A DNA stretch of 64,000 nucleotides from Flavobacteriales bacterium (lineage in GTDB: Bacteria; Bacteroidota; Bacteroidia; Palsa-965): contig JBEIPA010000010.1 of the NCBI GenBank assembly GCA_040377305.1, forward strand, positions 96,001 to 160,000, in the 5' to 3' direction. Position numbers and translations under genes: made by a program. Shown piece after piece: positions 1 to 11,019 of the stretch; the first letter of the stretch is position 1; each line of letters opens with the position of its first letter. Below the pieces are notes generated by a model that ran no database searches, was not told where the DNA came from, and saw nothing but the letters and a program-made list of their open reading frames with translations.

Positions 1-1599
1 TTGCCATGATTGTTGTGGTGCGACGTTAGCCGTTGCAGGAACCCATAAATCTGTTGGAAGGCCAACTCCGGTATTCGACAACAGGTGCAAATACTGATTC
101 ATGATGGTGAAACATGCTTTGAGTGAGGAATTTTCATCGAGCATGAAACGTGCGGCCACGCGAGGCTCAGGACGGAAATAATGTTTCTTCTGCGTGTTGA
201 AGTGACTCAAACGGAAACCTAAATTAATTTTCAAGCGATCGGTGAGTCGCCAGTCGTCTTCAATGTAAATTCCGCTTTCATACGCTTCCAGAATTTTCTG
301 CTTCAACATATTGTCTGGCGCATACGAACTGCGAACAACAATGGCACTCGGATTAAAACGATGATACGTTGAAACCACACCGAACTTAATGAAGTGATCA
401 GGACTTGGGGCAAAATCGAAATCATGCTTGAGACTGAAGTCGCGAATGCCCGACGAATACTTTAACGTGAAGTCGTCATTCTGATAATGCTCTTCGTAAC
501 CGATACCCAGTGTATAATTCGTAAAAATGAAAGACGTATTCGAGAAAAGCTTATCCGTCCATAAGTGATTCCAACGCAAAGTTGCAGTCGCATTTCCCCA
601 ATCCATTGAAGCTTTATCGGAAGCACCGCCTGGCCCGCCATTAAACTTTGCATAGAATTTATCTTTCCCGAAATATCCGCTCAGGTACAAACGGTTATTT
701 TCATTCACATCGTAATTGACTTTCGCATTGAAGTCGTGAAAAAAGTAACCGAACTTTTGATCTGGCGGCAGGAAAGGATATATCAATGCATCGATGTATG
801 TTCTTCTTCCTGATACGAGAAAAGACGATTTGCCTTTGATAATCGGACCTTCCAGCGTTAATCGCGATGAAATAATTCCGATGCCTGCTTCGCCATGAAA
901 CTCTTGTTTGTTTCCCTCTTTCATCTGCATCTCGAGAACGGAAGAAAGTCGCCCGCCGTAACGCGCAGGAAATCCACCTTTCGTGAGCTCAACCGATTTG
1001 AGTGCATCACCATTGAAAACAGAAAAGAAACCGAACAAGTGATACGCATTATACACTGTGGCGTCATCGAGAATGATTAAGTTCTGATCTGCACCGCCGC
1101 CGCGCACATAAAATCCACTACTTCCTTCGTTGCCCGCGTGTACTCCAGGCATGAGCTGGACCACTTTCAAAACATCTTTTTCACCAAGCAGCGCAGGAAT
1201 AGCTTTGATCTGTTCAATGGGAATTGAAACCGTACTCATTTGAGTTCCGTCACTCACGCGTTCTGTCTGCTCATCCGTAATTACAACCGTATTCAATTCT
1301 ACAACCCCGAGTTCAATCGTAATTGTTGTGTCTTTGGTTAGAACAAACTTTGCTTTGTAAGGCTGGTAACCCACGTAGGTCACAAACAAATCAATAGAGT
1401 CTGCCGGAATCGTCAATGAATAGAATCCGTAATTGTTCGTTACTGTTCCGCTCTTGGTTTTGAGATTGACCACGGCAACACCAGGTAGAGATTCCTGCGA
1501 ACTTTTTTCACGTACATAACCGCTTATGGTGTATTTGGTTTGTGCTGAAAGAGTTATTGCAGACAGCAACAGGATCAACGAGGATAAGATTCTACTCAT
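1..1599 (-). CDS. TonB-dependent receptor with N-terminal CarboxypepD_reg-like domain (runs off window start; absent from ORF track)
   Basis: Manual translation from ATG 1599: MSRILSSLILLLSAITLSAQTKYTISGYVREK...TNNYGFYSLT...IPALLGEKDVLKVVQLMPGV...SSGFYVRGGGADQNLIILDDATVYNAYHLFGFFSVFN...KGGFPARYGGRLSSV; signal peptide plus plug motifs. Confidence 0.9.
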   Translation of the reverse strand, partial: MSRILSSLILLLSAITLSAQTKYTISGYVREKSSQESLPGVAVVNLKTKSGTVTNNYGFYSLTIPADSIDLFVTYVGYQPYKAKFVLTKDTTITIELGVVELNTVVITDEQTERVSDGTQMSTVSIPIEQIKAIPALLGEKDVLKVVQLMPGVHAGNEGSSGFYVRGGGADQNLIILDDATVYNAYHLFGFFSVFNGDALKSVELTKGGFPARYGGRLSSVLEMQMKEGNKQEFHGEAGIGIISSRLTLEGPIIKGKSSFLVSGRRTYIDALIYPFLPPDQKFGYFFHDFNAKVNYDVNENNRLYLSGYFGKDKFYAKFNGGPGGASDKASMDWGNATATLRWNHLWTDKLFSNTSFIFTNYTLGIGYEEHYQNDDFTLKYSSGIRDFSLKHDFDFAPSPDHFIKFGVVSTYHRFNPSAIVVRSSYAPDNMLKQKILEAYESGIYIEDDWRLTDRLKINLGFRLSHFNTQKKHYFRPEPRVAARFMLDENSSLKACFTIMNQYLHLLSNTGVGLPTDLWVPATANVAPQQSWQ

Positions 1600-1794
1600 A
1601 GGGCAAAATTCGGACTATTTTCTACTAGAAAGACGTGATTTTCACAACTGGTTGCTTTACAAGAGGCAGTTTGGCAGTAGTGCAGTTGGCCGTCAGGCAC
1701 TAAGACTATTTGAATAGGCGAATTGTTACATTTTTATCAGTTCGACTGCCTCCTGCCCGACTGCTTACTGCCTACTGTAGTATATTTGCGACCT

Positions 1795-3057
1795 ATGTCC
1801 CGCATCCTCATCAAAAACATCCGTCAGCTGATTCAGGTCCGCGAAAATGCACCAGAACGAGTGTCGGGAAAAGCAATGAATGAGCTTCCGGTTCTGGAAG
1901 ATGCATGGCTTGCTATCGACAACGGAATCATTGCCGATTACGGTTCGATGAGCGACTTCCCTGGAATTTCAGATTGGAATGAACTGGAGGTGATTGATGC
2001 CAACGAAGGTTTGGTGATGCCGACTTTCGTGGATTCGCATACACATATCGTATATGCGGGCTCACGAGAAGGAGAGTTTGTGGATCGCATTAACGGTTTG
2101 AGCTACGAAGAAGTAGCTGCACGCGGAGGCGGAATTCTTAACTCAGCAAAGAAGCTTCGCGCAACGAATGAAGATGAACTTTACGAACAAGCCGCTGCCC
2201 GATTGAAAGAGGTAATGCATCTCGGCACGGGCGCAATCGAAATCAAAAGCGGTTACGGACTCGATTTCGAGAGTGAAATGAAGATGTTACGCGTAATACT
2301 CCGATTAAAAACAAATTTCCCTGTCGCAATCAAAGCGACTTTTCTGGGAGCGCATGCCGTTCCATCAGAATACAAAGACGACAAAGCAGGTTACATCAAA
2401 CAGATTGTTAACATCATGATTCCTGCAATTGCTCGTGAAGGGATTGCCGATTACTGCGATGTATTCTGTGAACGCAATTATTTCACCGAAGAAGAAACAA
2501 TTGAAATTCTTGAAGCCGGAAAACGTCACGGACTCAAGCCACGCATTCACGCAAACCAATTAAGTGCATCCGGAGGTGTTCAGGCCGGAGTAAAAGTTGG
2601 CGCGTTGAGTGTCGATCACCTGGAATATGTTGGAGATGCAGAAATTGCGGCACTGCAAAACAGCAATGTTATGCCTACGCTACTTCCGGGTGCGGCATTC
2701 TTTCTTGGATTGCCGTGGCCGCCTGCGCGAAAAATGATTGATGCAGGATTACCAGTTGCTGTTGCAAGCGACTTCAACCCGGGAAGTTCACCTAGCGGAA
2801 ACATGATGCAGATGCTAAGTTTGGTTTGCATCACACACAAAATGACTCCTGAAGAAGCGATAAATGCAGTAACGATTAACACTGCTGCAGCTATAGAATT
2901 GAGCGAAACCCATGGAACAATTACACGAGGGAAAGTTGGATCGGTTATAATTACGAAACCTGTTCCATCGGTTGCGTTTTTGCCTTATTATTTCGGTAGC
3001 GATTTGATCAATCACGTCATTGTGAATGGCAAAGTGATTCGCTCCATTGAAAACTGA
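1795..3057 (+). CDS. hutI: Imidazolonepropionase
   Basis: PTFVDSHTH, EIKSGYGL, DVFCE, HANQ, SDFNPGSS motifs; start moved to ATG 1795 just after TATATTTG. Confidence 0.95.
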   Translation: MSRILIKNIRQLIQVRENAPERVSGKAMNELPVLEDAWLAIDNGIIADYGSMSDFPGISDWNELEVIDANEGLVMPTFVDSHTHIVYAGSREGEFVDRINGLSYEEVAARGGGILNSAKKLRATNEDELYEQAAARLKEVMHLGTGAIEIKSGYGLDFESEMKMLRVILRLKTNFPVAIKATFLGAHAVPSEYKDDKAGYIKQIVNIMIPAIAREGIADYCDVFCERNYFTEEETIEILEAGKRHGLKPRIHANQLSASGGVQAGVKVGALSVDHLEYVGDAEIAALQNSNVMPTLLPGAAFFLGLPWPPARKMIDAGLPVAVASDFNPGSSPSGNMMQMLSLVCITHKMTPEEAINAVTINTAAAIELSETHGTITRGKVGSVIITKPVPSVAFLPYYFGSDLINHVIVNGKVIRSIEN

Positions 3058-3074
3058 AAATTGAAAATCATTAT

Positions 3075-4730
3075 ATGAAACAATTGATCGAATGCGTCCC
3101 TAACTTCTCAGAAGGGCGCGACATGAATATCATCAAGCAAATCACCGACGCCATTGAATCAGTTGAAGGTGTGCGTTTGCTTAACGTTGATCCGGGCAAA
3201 GCAACGAATCGCACTGTCGTGACTTTTGTAGGAGAACCTGCCGCTGTTGTTGAAGCTGCAGTACGCGGAATCAAAACTGCCGGTGAGCTCATCGACATGA
3301 GCAAACACAAAGGTGAGCATCCTCGCATGGGCGCTACTGATGTTTGTCCGTTGATTCCAATTGCAGGAATTTCCATGGAAGAAACCGCGAAGTATGCTCA
3401 ACAACTCGGCAATCGCGTTGGAAAAGAGCTAGGTATTCCGGTTTACTTCTACGAAGCGGCTCAACCGAAAAAAGAACGCAATAATCTTTCGGTGATTCGC
3501 GCTGGCGAGTACGAAGGTTTCTTCAAAAAAATTAAGCTCGCGGAATGGGCTCCTGATGCTGGTCCTGCAGAGTTCGATGCAAAGCGTGGTGCAACTGTAA
3601 TTGGTGCCCGCGACTTTCTCGTTGCATACAATGTAAACCTCAATACAACTTCAACTCGTCGCGCGAATGCCATTGCGTTTGATGTGCGCGAAGCTGGTCG
3701 TACCGAGAAAGACGCAAAAGGAACTATCATCAAGCAAACGCCGGGAACATTGAAATCGGTGAAAGCCATTGGATGGTTCATCGAAGAATATGGCGTTGCT
3801 CAGATTTCAATGAACCTCACGAACATCAATATCACTCCGGTGCATGTTGCGTTTGATGAAGTTTGTCGCAGTGCACAGTCGCGCGGAATTCGTGTGACCG
3901 GCTCTGAGCTTGTAGGCTTGATTCCATTGAACGCTATGCTTGAAGCTGGAAAGTATTTCCTTCGGAAGCAGCAACGTTCTGTCGGTGTTTCAGAGAAAGA
4001 GTTGATCAAAATTGCGATCAAATCGCTCGGACTCGATGAGCTTGGGCCATTCAAACCGGAAGAACGGATCATCGAGTATCTGCTCAAAGACAAAGCCGAC
4101 GCGAAACTAGTGAGCATGACGCTGACCGAATTCGTTGATGAGACAGCAAGTGAAAGTCCGGCTCCTGGTGGTGGATCGATATCTGCTTACATGGGCGCTA
4201 TGGGCGCAGCACTCGGTACAATGGTAGCCAATCTTTCTTCGCACAAACGCGGATGGGACGATCGTTGGGAAGAATTTTCAGTTTGGGCTGAGAAAGGACA
4301 GAAGTACCAGACCGAACTCATTCGTCTTGTGGATGAAGACACGAAAGCGTTCAACGTGATCATGTCGGCATTCGGATTACCAAAAGGTACAGACGAAGAA
4401 AAAGCTGCACGCACAAAAGCGATTCAGGATGCAACCAGATACGCGACGGAGATTCCTTTCCGAGTGATGGAGTCGTGTTTAAACTGCATGGACGTTGCGA
4501 AAGCAATGGCTGAGATCGGTAACCCAAATTCCGTTTCGGATGCTGGTGTTGGTGCGCTCGCTGCACGTTCAGGAGTGATGGGTGCTTATCTTAACGTTAA
4601 GATTAATGCAGCCGGGTTAAGCGACAAGACTTTTGCAGCAGAGATTGTTGCCAAAGGAAAGTCGATTCAGGATAAAGCGATTGCTCTGGAAGCGGAGATT
4701 CTTTCGATCGTAAACCAGAAGATCGGATAA
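3075..4730 (+). CDS. ftcd: Glutamate formiminotransferase / formiminotetrahydrofolate cyclodeaminase
   Basis: ECVPNFSEGR N-terminus, HPRMGATDVCP, C-terminal SPAPGGGS cyclodeaminase domain; next to hutI. Confidence 0.95.
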   Translation: MKQLIECVPNFSEGRDMNIIKQITDAIESVEGVRLLNVDPGKATNRTVVTFVGEPAAVVEAAVRGIKTAGELIDMSKHKGEHPRMGATDVCPLIPIAGISMEETAKYAQQLGNRVGKELGIPVYFYEAAQPKKERNNLSVIRAGEYEGFFKKIKLAEWAPDAGPAEFDAKRGATVIGARDFLVAYNVNLNTTSTRRANAIAFDVREAGRTEKDAKGTIIKQTPGTLKSVKAIGWFIEEYGVAQISMNLTNINITPVHVAFDEVCRSAQSRGIRVTGSELVGLIPLNAMLEAGKYFLRKQQRSVGVSEKELIKIAIKSLGLDELGPFKPEERIIEYLLKDKADAKLVSMTLTEFVDETASESPAPGGGSISAYMGAMGAALGTMVANLSSHKRGWDDRWEEFSVWAEKGQKYQTELIRLVDEDTKAFNVIMSAFGLPKGTDEEKAARTKAIQDATRYATEIPFRVMESCLNCMDVAKAMAEIGNPNSVSDAGVGALAARSGVMGAYLNVKINAAGLSDKTFAAEIVAKGKSIQDKAIALEAEILSIVNQKIG

Positions 4731-4792
4731 TAGATCTCCCATCTGTGCCAAGCACAAAACATTTACACGCGGTTCGCCGTTAAACAAAGTAT

Positions 4793-7108
4793 ATGGCGAG
4801 CATCCGGACATTTATAATGAATCATCCTTGGTTGGGAAGGATCGTATTCTTTTTTCCGGTTCAGCTTATACTTGTTCAATTCAAAAAGAACCCGATACTC
4901 ATCATCTTCTGGTTGTTGCTCACCGGTTTCGTCACGGGAAAGATTGCTGCGAAGTATGGAATCTCACTACTTTTTGTTGATCCTGAATATCTGGGTGAAG
5001 TTGGATTTCTGTCCTTCCTCATTGTAGGATTCGCCTGCGGCGGATTCATCATGGCATACCAGATTTCATGTTACATCCACAACGCTTACCGGTTTCCGTT
5101 TCTCGCGACTGTTAGCCGACCTTTCGTGAAGTTTTGCATGAACAACATGATCATTCCCGGTGTGTTCATTCTTATTTATGGCTGGAACATCATCGATTTC
5201 CTGCGAACGGAACCAATTAGTGCCGGACAAGTAGTTTGGAACCTGACTGGTTTCGTAATGGGCAATCTGTTCTTCATTGTAATCTCTTTATTGTATTTCT
5301 TTCGAGCTGGAAAGGATCTTACTCAGATGTTCGGTATTCACGCAGCCTTCCGTGAAAAGAAAGTGAAGCGCATGATCATGTTCCGCGACCCAAAACTTAA
5401 GCAGTTGACGTGGAAAACAATTCAGATCGGCCAAGAAGCACGCGACTGGCATGTTGAAACCTATTTTATCTCCTTCTTCCGGATACGAAGAGCGCGTCCG
5501 TTCGGTCACTATGATAAAGAGCTGCTTAATCGGGTATTCAAACAGAATCATGGTCGCGCTGTGTTGTTTCAGATTGTAGTAATCATCACCTTGTTGCTAT
5601 TCGGACTGATTCGTGATAGTGAGTACGCCATGATTCCGGCGGCGGCAAGTGTCATGCTTCTCTTCACGCTGTATCTCATGTTCACGGGAATTCTCAATAC
5701 GTGGTTTCGCGGCTGGTCTACACTCGTAACAATACTACTGCTGGTCTTCTTCAACTGGATTGTGCAGTTCGGATTCTTCGGCAACGAAACAAAAGCATAC
5801 GGACTCGATTACACCAAACCTAAGGTTGAGTACTCGATCCACACACTTTCAATTCTTGGTGGCGATACAGCAGCAATCCGCAGAGATTCTCTTGCGACCA
5901 TACAGATGCTTGAAAACTGGTATGCCAAGAATGCAACAGTCGGAAATCCCAAACCGAAGATGACGATTGTATCCTGCAGCGGCGGCGGTTTACGTTCGTC
6001 TTTGTGGACATTCTACACCATGCGTTATCTCGACAGCATTTCCGGAAATCGCATGATGGACAACACGCCGCTCATTTGCGGTTCATCCGGAGGAATGCTT
6101 GGCGCTGCATTTTACCGCGAGTTGTATTACCGCGATGAACAAAACGGAACAATGAATCGTTTCGACCAGAAATACATTGAGGCGGTGAGTACCGACTTGT
6201 TGAATCCTATGGCTTTTTCTGTTGCCGTAAACGACTGGTTCCTTCCACTGCGCAGCTTTAAATATGACAGTGTTTCCTACGGAATGAACCGTGCGTATGC
6301 GTTTGAAGATGCCGTACTAAGAAACACAGAGGGAATTCTCGAGAAACCAATTTCTGAATACCGCGCTCCCGAAGCAAATGCTGAAATTCCCATGATGATT
6401 CTCGCTCCTACGATTGTAAACGATGGACGTAAACTGCTCATCAGTTCGCAAGGCATTTCTTATCTCACAGCCGGACCAAGCAATTTATCAGCAGAGTTTA
6501 ACTACACGCCGGATGGAGTAGAGTTTTGCCGATTGTTTGCGGGCAGACATCCTGAAAACCTGCGCTTCACTTCTGCTTTAAGGATGAGCGCGACGTTTCC
6601 GTATATCACACCGTTAACTGAACTTCCAACGTCGCCATCAATTGAAGTCTTTGATGCGGGCATGCGGGATAACATAGGGACAGACAACGTTGTTCGCTTC
6701 CTGCAGATTTTCAACGACTGGCTTTCGGTTCATACTTCGGGAGTTATCATTGTACAAACCCGTGATAAACGAAAAGTGCGCGAGCCCGAAAAGAGTACAA
6801 CGAACACCATGGTGAATTCACTGTCTCGACCGTTAAACAGTTTCTACAGCAATTTGTTCGGTGTTCAGGATTACAATCACGATCGCGAATTGATGACCGT
6901 AGGCGAATGGTTGAAAGTTCCGTTGGATGTAATTGACTTCGAGCTAAAGAATCAGGAACCCGATGTGATCTCACTGAGCTGGCACTTGACAGAGCGGGAA
7001 AAACTGAGAACAACCAACTGTATGAATATGGAGTTCAACCGGAATAATGTTCAACGTTATCTTCAGCTAACGGCTCGCGGTCGTGTTGAACTGTCGGAAG
7101 CTTATTGA
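4793..7108 (+). CDS. Multi-TM membrane protein with C-terminal patatin-like phospholipase domain
   Basis: Several hydrophobic helices, then SGGGLRS (oxyanion hole), GSSGG (nucleophile) and DAG motifs. Confidence 0.75.
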   Translation: MASIRTFIMNHPWLGRIVFFFPVQLILVQFKKNPILIIFWLLLTGFVTGKIAAKYGISLLFVDPEYLGEVGFLSFLIVGFACGGFIMAYQISCYIHNAYRFPFLATVSRPFVKFCMNNMIIPGVFILIYGWNIIDFLRTEPISAGQVVWNLTGFVMGNLFFIVISLLYFFRAGKDLTQMFGIHAAFREKKVKRMIMFRDPKLKQLTWKTIQIGQEARDWHVETYFISFFRIRRARPFGHYDKELLNRVFKQNHGRAVLFQIVVIITLLLFGLIRDSEYAMIPAAASVMLLFTLYLMFTGILNTWFRGWSTLVTILLLVFFNWIVQFGFFGNETKAYGLDYTKPKVEYSIHTLSILGGDTAAIRRDSLATIQMLENWYAKNATVGNPKPKMTIVSCSGGGLRSSLWTFYTMRYLDSISGNRMMDNTPLICGSSGGMLGAAFYRELYYRDEQNGTMNRFDQKYIEAVSTDLLNPMAFSVAVNDWFLPLRSFKYDSVSYGMNRAYAFEDAVLRNTEGILEKPISEYRAPEANAEIPMMILAPTIVNDGRKLLISSQGISYLTAGPSNLSAEFNYTPDGVEFCRLFAGRHPENLRFTSALRMSATFPYITPLTELPTSPSIEVFDAGMRDNIGTDNVVRFLQIFNDWLSVHTSGVIIVQTRDKRKVREPEKSTTNTMVNSLSRPLNSFYSNLFGVQDYNHDRELMTVGEWLKVPLDVIDFELKNQEPDVISLSWHLTEREKLRTTNCMNMEFNRNNVQRYLQLTARGRVELSEAY

Positions 7109-8826
7109 AGCTTCACCAGATACATTCGTTCCAGACGTTCATCACGGGTTTCCGGATTCAGGAATGGAAACGACAGAAACTGCACCGGAAATCGTTTGTA
7201 TTCCTTCACAGTAGCCAGGTTATACTTCGATTTGAGAATGTCCTGATATCCCGGTTCATCAGTGTAGATCCACATTGCTCCATACTTCTGGATTGTAGTG
7301 TCTACGTCTGTTGAATCGAGGTAAGTGTATCCAACTGCGCTCCGTGAATAGAAGTCGAGCGAGTGCTGAAAGATATCATGGTACATCCTGAATGCTTTCG
7401 GTGGAACATTATTATCAATAACCTCGCGCCCAACTTCATTTGAAACCTGGTACTTGAGCAGTTCGGGATAGAACTGGGAGAAACCTGTGTAGTAAAATGC
7501 GAGGAGAGCAACCAACAACGGAAGCATTATTCTTTCCGCAATTGTTTTTCGGGCAATAAAAAATGCAACACATGCGAAACATAAAAGAAGTACAACAAGC
7601 ATGGTGAGCATTCCTGCACCGGGAAAAATAACGAGCAGGATAAGAAACACCACTGTGAAAAGTGCCACGGCAAAAAACAAACTGAATCCGACCGCAAATC
7701 GTGCCCAGAACTTTCGCAGCGGTTGCAATAAATCGGCCACGAGGAAACGTGCGGCTATTATTGCGGCGAGCGGAAAAGTGATGTAGATATAATGCGGCAA
7801 CTTGTACTTCGAAGCTGAAAGCGCGAGGAAAATCAGAATGAATCCACCAGTTGCAAGCATTTCGTTCAGGTAGCCTGGTTTGAATCTGGATTTGACTAGT
7901 ACAAACAGGTTCTTAAACAGTCCAAGCACAGTGAGAATGCTCCACGGAAAGAATGCCCACATGAATGTATGCGTGAAGAAGAAATTCGTTGCTCCGTTGT
8001 CGAATTTCGTTCCCCAGTCACTATCACCGGTGATGCGACCAAAACTTTGTGTCCAGAAATAGAATTCTATTCCTGACACTCCGGTTTGCCCATTGATGGT
8101 TTTCTCCGGATGCAAATCGTACTGGTTATACAAACCAATGCACATAGGCGTGAGTACGATGGCAACAACGGCGAGTCCGACAATCCACTGCCAGCGAAGA
8201 AAATTCACCCATTGTCGTTTGTAAGCGAATTCACAACTCAATGCAAAAACAGGCATCACCAGTCCAAGCGGACCTTTCGCTAACATCGCAATTCCGATTC
8301 CGGTAAAACCAAGAACAAGCGCCCGCCACGATTTCGTTTTCACGTACAACATCAATTGCCACAATGAAAATGCAAACGCACCCATAAGTAAAGTGTCTGT
8401 CCGCACATCATTCATCATAATGAAGAAGCCAAGACAAGATGCAACCATCAATCCGGCAAGTAAAGCTGTAATACGATTGTAGATAAGCTCCGTCAACTTG
8501 ATAGTAGACCAAACTGCAAGCACTCCGAACAAAAACGAAGGCAATTTGTAAGCGAAATTCGAAATGCCCATGACCCACATGCTCATCGATGAGAGCCAGA
8601 ATAACAAGGGTGGCTTATCGAGATAATCGTTGTAGCGATTGTGGAGTTCCATCCAGTTTCCGGTTTCCACCATTTCGCGAGACATTGAAGCATATTGCGC
8701 CGCGTCCACATCCATGACATCAACGAGCAATCCCGGAATGTAGATGATGAAGAATACAATGGTGAATAGGGCAAGAATACCCGGGCTGATCGTAAAACCA
8801 GAATCGTTTTGTTCTTCGATTGTCAT
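7102..8826 (-). CDS. ArnT/PMT-like (GT39/GT83) membrane glycosyltransferase
   Basis: DVDAAQYA, YLDKPPLLFW, LAKGPLG, KLPHYI motifs; many TM helices. Confidence 0.85.
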   Translation of the reverse strand: MTIEEQNDSGFTISPGILALFTIVFFIIYIPGLLVDVMDVDAAQYASMSREMVETGNWMELHNRYNDYLDKPPLLFWLSSMSMWVMGISNFAYKLPSFLFGVLAVWSTIKLTELIYNRITALLAGLMVASCLGFFIMMNDVRTDTLLMGAFAFSLWQLMLYVKTKSWRALVLGFTGIGIAMLAKGPLGLVMPVFALSCEFAYKRQWVNFLRWQWIVGLAVVAIVLTPMCIGLYNQYDLHPEKTINGQTGVSGIEFYFWTQSFGRITGDSDWGTKFDNGATNFFFTHTFMWAFFPWSILTVLGLFKNLFVLVKSRFKPGYLNEMLATGGFILIFLALSASKYKLPHYIYITFPLAAIIAARFLVADLLQPLRKFWARFAVGFSLFFAVALFTVVFLILLVIFPGAGMLTMLVVLLLCFACVAFFIARKTIAERIMLPLLVALLAFYYTGFSQFYPELLKYQVSNEVGREVIDNNVPPKAFRMYHDIFQHSLDFYSRSAVGYTYLDSTDVDTTIQKYGAMWIYTDEPGYQDILKSKYNLATVKEYKRFPVQFLSFPFLNPETRDERLERMYLVKLQ

Positions 8827-8829
8827 CGT

Positions 8830-10827
8830 TTAATACTTGTGAAGCTCCAACAGCTTCTGTTCAAAACGTGATACGGGCAGGAAGTTCTGTTCGAGTTCAG
8901 CCGCAAAAGGAATTGGTGTATCGAGAGAAGCCACGCGCACTACCGGAGCGTCGAGTGACTCGAAACAATTTTCATTAATCAATGAACTGATTTCTCCTCC
9001 AATTCCTCCTGTTAGTGTGTCTTCATGCAACACAATTACCTTACCTGTTTTGCGAACACTGTTGAAAATAGTTTCAGTATCAAGCGGCAACAAAGTACGC
9101 AAGTCTACAATCTCTCCTTTGATTTGCGGGTGCTTCGCAAGTATGTCTTTCGCCCAATGCACACCGTAACCGTACGTGATGATGGAAACATCGCTTCCCT
9201 CCTGCACCACTGCTGCTTTGCCGATTTCAACATTATAATATCCGTCAGGAATTTCTTCGCTGATACTTCTGTACAAAGCTTTGTGCTCGAAGAACATCAC
9301 CGGATTCGGATCTTCAAATGCGGCAATCAACAATCCCTTCGCGTCATACGGATTTGAAGGGTACACAACTTTCAATCCGGGAGTGTGAAAAAACCACGCT
9401 TCGTTGGATTGTGAGTGGAACGGCCCTGCAGCAACTCCTGCACCTGTAGGCATACGGATTACCACATCGGCATTCTGTCCCCAACGCCAGTGAATCTTCG
9501 CGAGGTTATTTATGATCTGATTAAATCCTTCCGTTACGAAATCGGCAAACTGCATTTCCATCATGGCCTTCATGCCGTTGATAGAAAGACCGAGTGCAGC
9601 TCCTACAATTGCAGATTCACACAACGGTGTATTACGTACGCGTTCCTTTCCGAATTCCTTCACAAATCCATCTGTGATTTTGAAAACTCCACCGTATTCT
9701 GCAATGTCTTGTCCCATAAGAACAAGATTGGAGTGTTTCATCATCGATTGGCGCAAACCATCGGAGATTGCATCAATCAATCGCTTATCCGATTTACGGT
9801 CACTTGGTTCTGCTTGCACAAAAGTGTGAGGAGCAAACAAATCTTTTACTTCCGAATCTGTATCTGCAACCGGACGTGCTTCTGCAAATGCTTTTTCAAG
9901 TCCGGTATCAATTTCGTTTTTAATTTTTGCGCGTGTTGCTTCAACAAATGGTGCATCGATAATTCCCGCTTGCAGCAAGAAGTTTTCGAAATTGGATACA
10001 GGATCCTTCACCGACCATTTGTCCTGAAGTCCTTCCGGATAATATTTTGTTCCGGAAGCCTCTTCGTGCCCGCGCATACGGAACGTTACACATTCCAGCA
10101 GGAATGGACGCGGACGCACACGTTGCTGACGCGTGATATCCTGAACTGCGTGATACACTTCGAGAATGTTGTTCCCATCAACCTGCATGGTTTCCATTCC
10201 GTAGCCAATTCCCTTATCGATAAATTGTTTGCAACGGAATTGTTCGGTTGAAGGTGTCGAAAGTCCCCACTGATTGTTTTCCACAGCGAAAATCACCGGA
10301 AGTTCCCACACAGCAGCCACATTAAGTGCTTCGTGAAAATCTCCTTCACTTGCGCCACCATCGCCGGTGAATACGAGTGTAGACTTCGCCTGTTTCTTCA
10401 GAAGATTTCCGAGCGCAATTCCATCAGCGATTCCGAGCTGCGGACCCAGGTGAGAAATCATTCCCACAATTTTATGTTCCTGTGTCCCGAAGTGAAAAGA
10501 ACGATCGCGTCCTTTTGTAAATCCGTTTGGCTTTCCCTGAAATTGAGAAAACAATTTGTGCAGCGGAATATTTCTCGAAGTAAAAACACCCAGGTTACGA
10601 TGCATTGGAAGAATGTATTCATCCTTATGCATAGCGAGTGCAGAACCTACTGAAGTTCCTTCCTGACCGAATCCGGAAAACCATTTTGAAATTCTTCCCT
10701 GGCGAAGGAGCACGAGCATTTTTTCTTCGATCATTCGGGGGCGAAGAATGTGCACGTAAATATTTTTCAGTTCGTCGTCCGCAAGTTTTTTACGGTCGAA
10801 TTTGATAGTAGTTTCTGCAGTGATCAT
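8830..10827 (-). CDS. Fused 2-oxoacid dehydrogenase E1 alpha/beta (branched-chain type)
   Basis: TPP motif GDGGASEGDFHEALN, FRMRGHEEA, beta-domain NTPLCESAI, GPFHSQ; start ATG 10827 after TACTTTTG. Confidence 0.9.
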   Translation of the reverse strand: MITAETTIKFDRKKLADDELKNIYVHILRPRMIEEKMLVLLRQGRISKWFSGFGQEGTSVGSALAMHKDEYILPMHRNLGVFTSRNIPLHKLFSQFQGKPNGFTKGRDRSFHFGTQEHKIVGMISHLGPQLGIADGIALGNLLKKQAKSTLVFTGDGGASEGDFHEALNVAAVWELPVIFAVENNQWGLSTPSTEQFRCKQFIDKGIGYGMETMQVDGNNILEVYHAVQDITRQQRVRPRPFLLECVTFRMRGHEEASGTKYYPEGLQDKWSVKDPVSNFENFLLQAGIIDAPFVEATRAKIKNEIDTGLEKAFAEARPVADTDSEVKDLFAPHTFVQAEPSDRKSDKRLIDAISDGLRQSMMKHSNLVLMGQDIAEYGGVFKITDGFVKEFGKERVRNTPLCESAIVGAALGLSINGMKAMMEMQFADFVTEGFNQIINNLAKIHWRWGQNADVVIRMPTGAGVAAGPFHSQSNEAWFFHTPGLKVVYPSNPYDAKGLLIAAFEDPNPVMFFEHKALYRSISEEIPDGYYNVEIGKAAVVQEGSDVSIITYGYGVHWAKDILAKHPQIKGEIVDLRTLLPLDTETIFNSVRKTGKVIVLHEDTLTGGIGGEISSLINENCFESLDAPVVRVASLDTPIPFAAELEQNFLPVSRFEQKLLELHKY

Positions 10828-10958
10828 TGTTGTGGCAAAAGTAACACTTCGGTTCGGGAATGGAGAATGTGCGATGAGGAATGAAGGAAGTGGGGATTGG
10901 TAAAAGTTTGCAGCTAATATTATGATCGCATCCCTTACCACATGCTACAGTTACACGC

Positions 10959-10993
10959 AAAAAAAAAGAGAACGCAATCCGTTCTCTTTTTTT
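10959..10993 (-). terminator. Intrinsic terminator (possibly bidirectional)
   Basis: A-run, GAGAACG-caatc-CGTTCTC, T-run, downstream of the 11020-11280 lipoprotein gene. Confidence 0.7.
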
Positions 10994-11019
10994 ACTGTTA
11001 AAGGTTATCCTTCTTCAGA

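Noticed and set aside
9415-10251. Long antisense ORFs (also 14403-15023, 42729-43427, 54219-54950, 56922-57689)
   Set aside because: Shadow frames opposite well-supported conserved genes, with no recognisable motifs.
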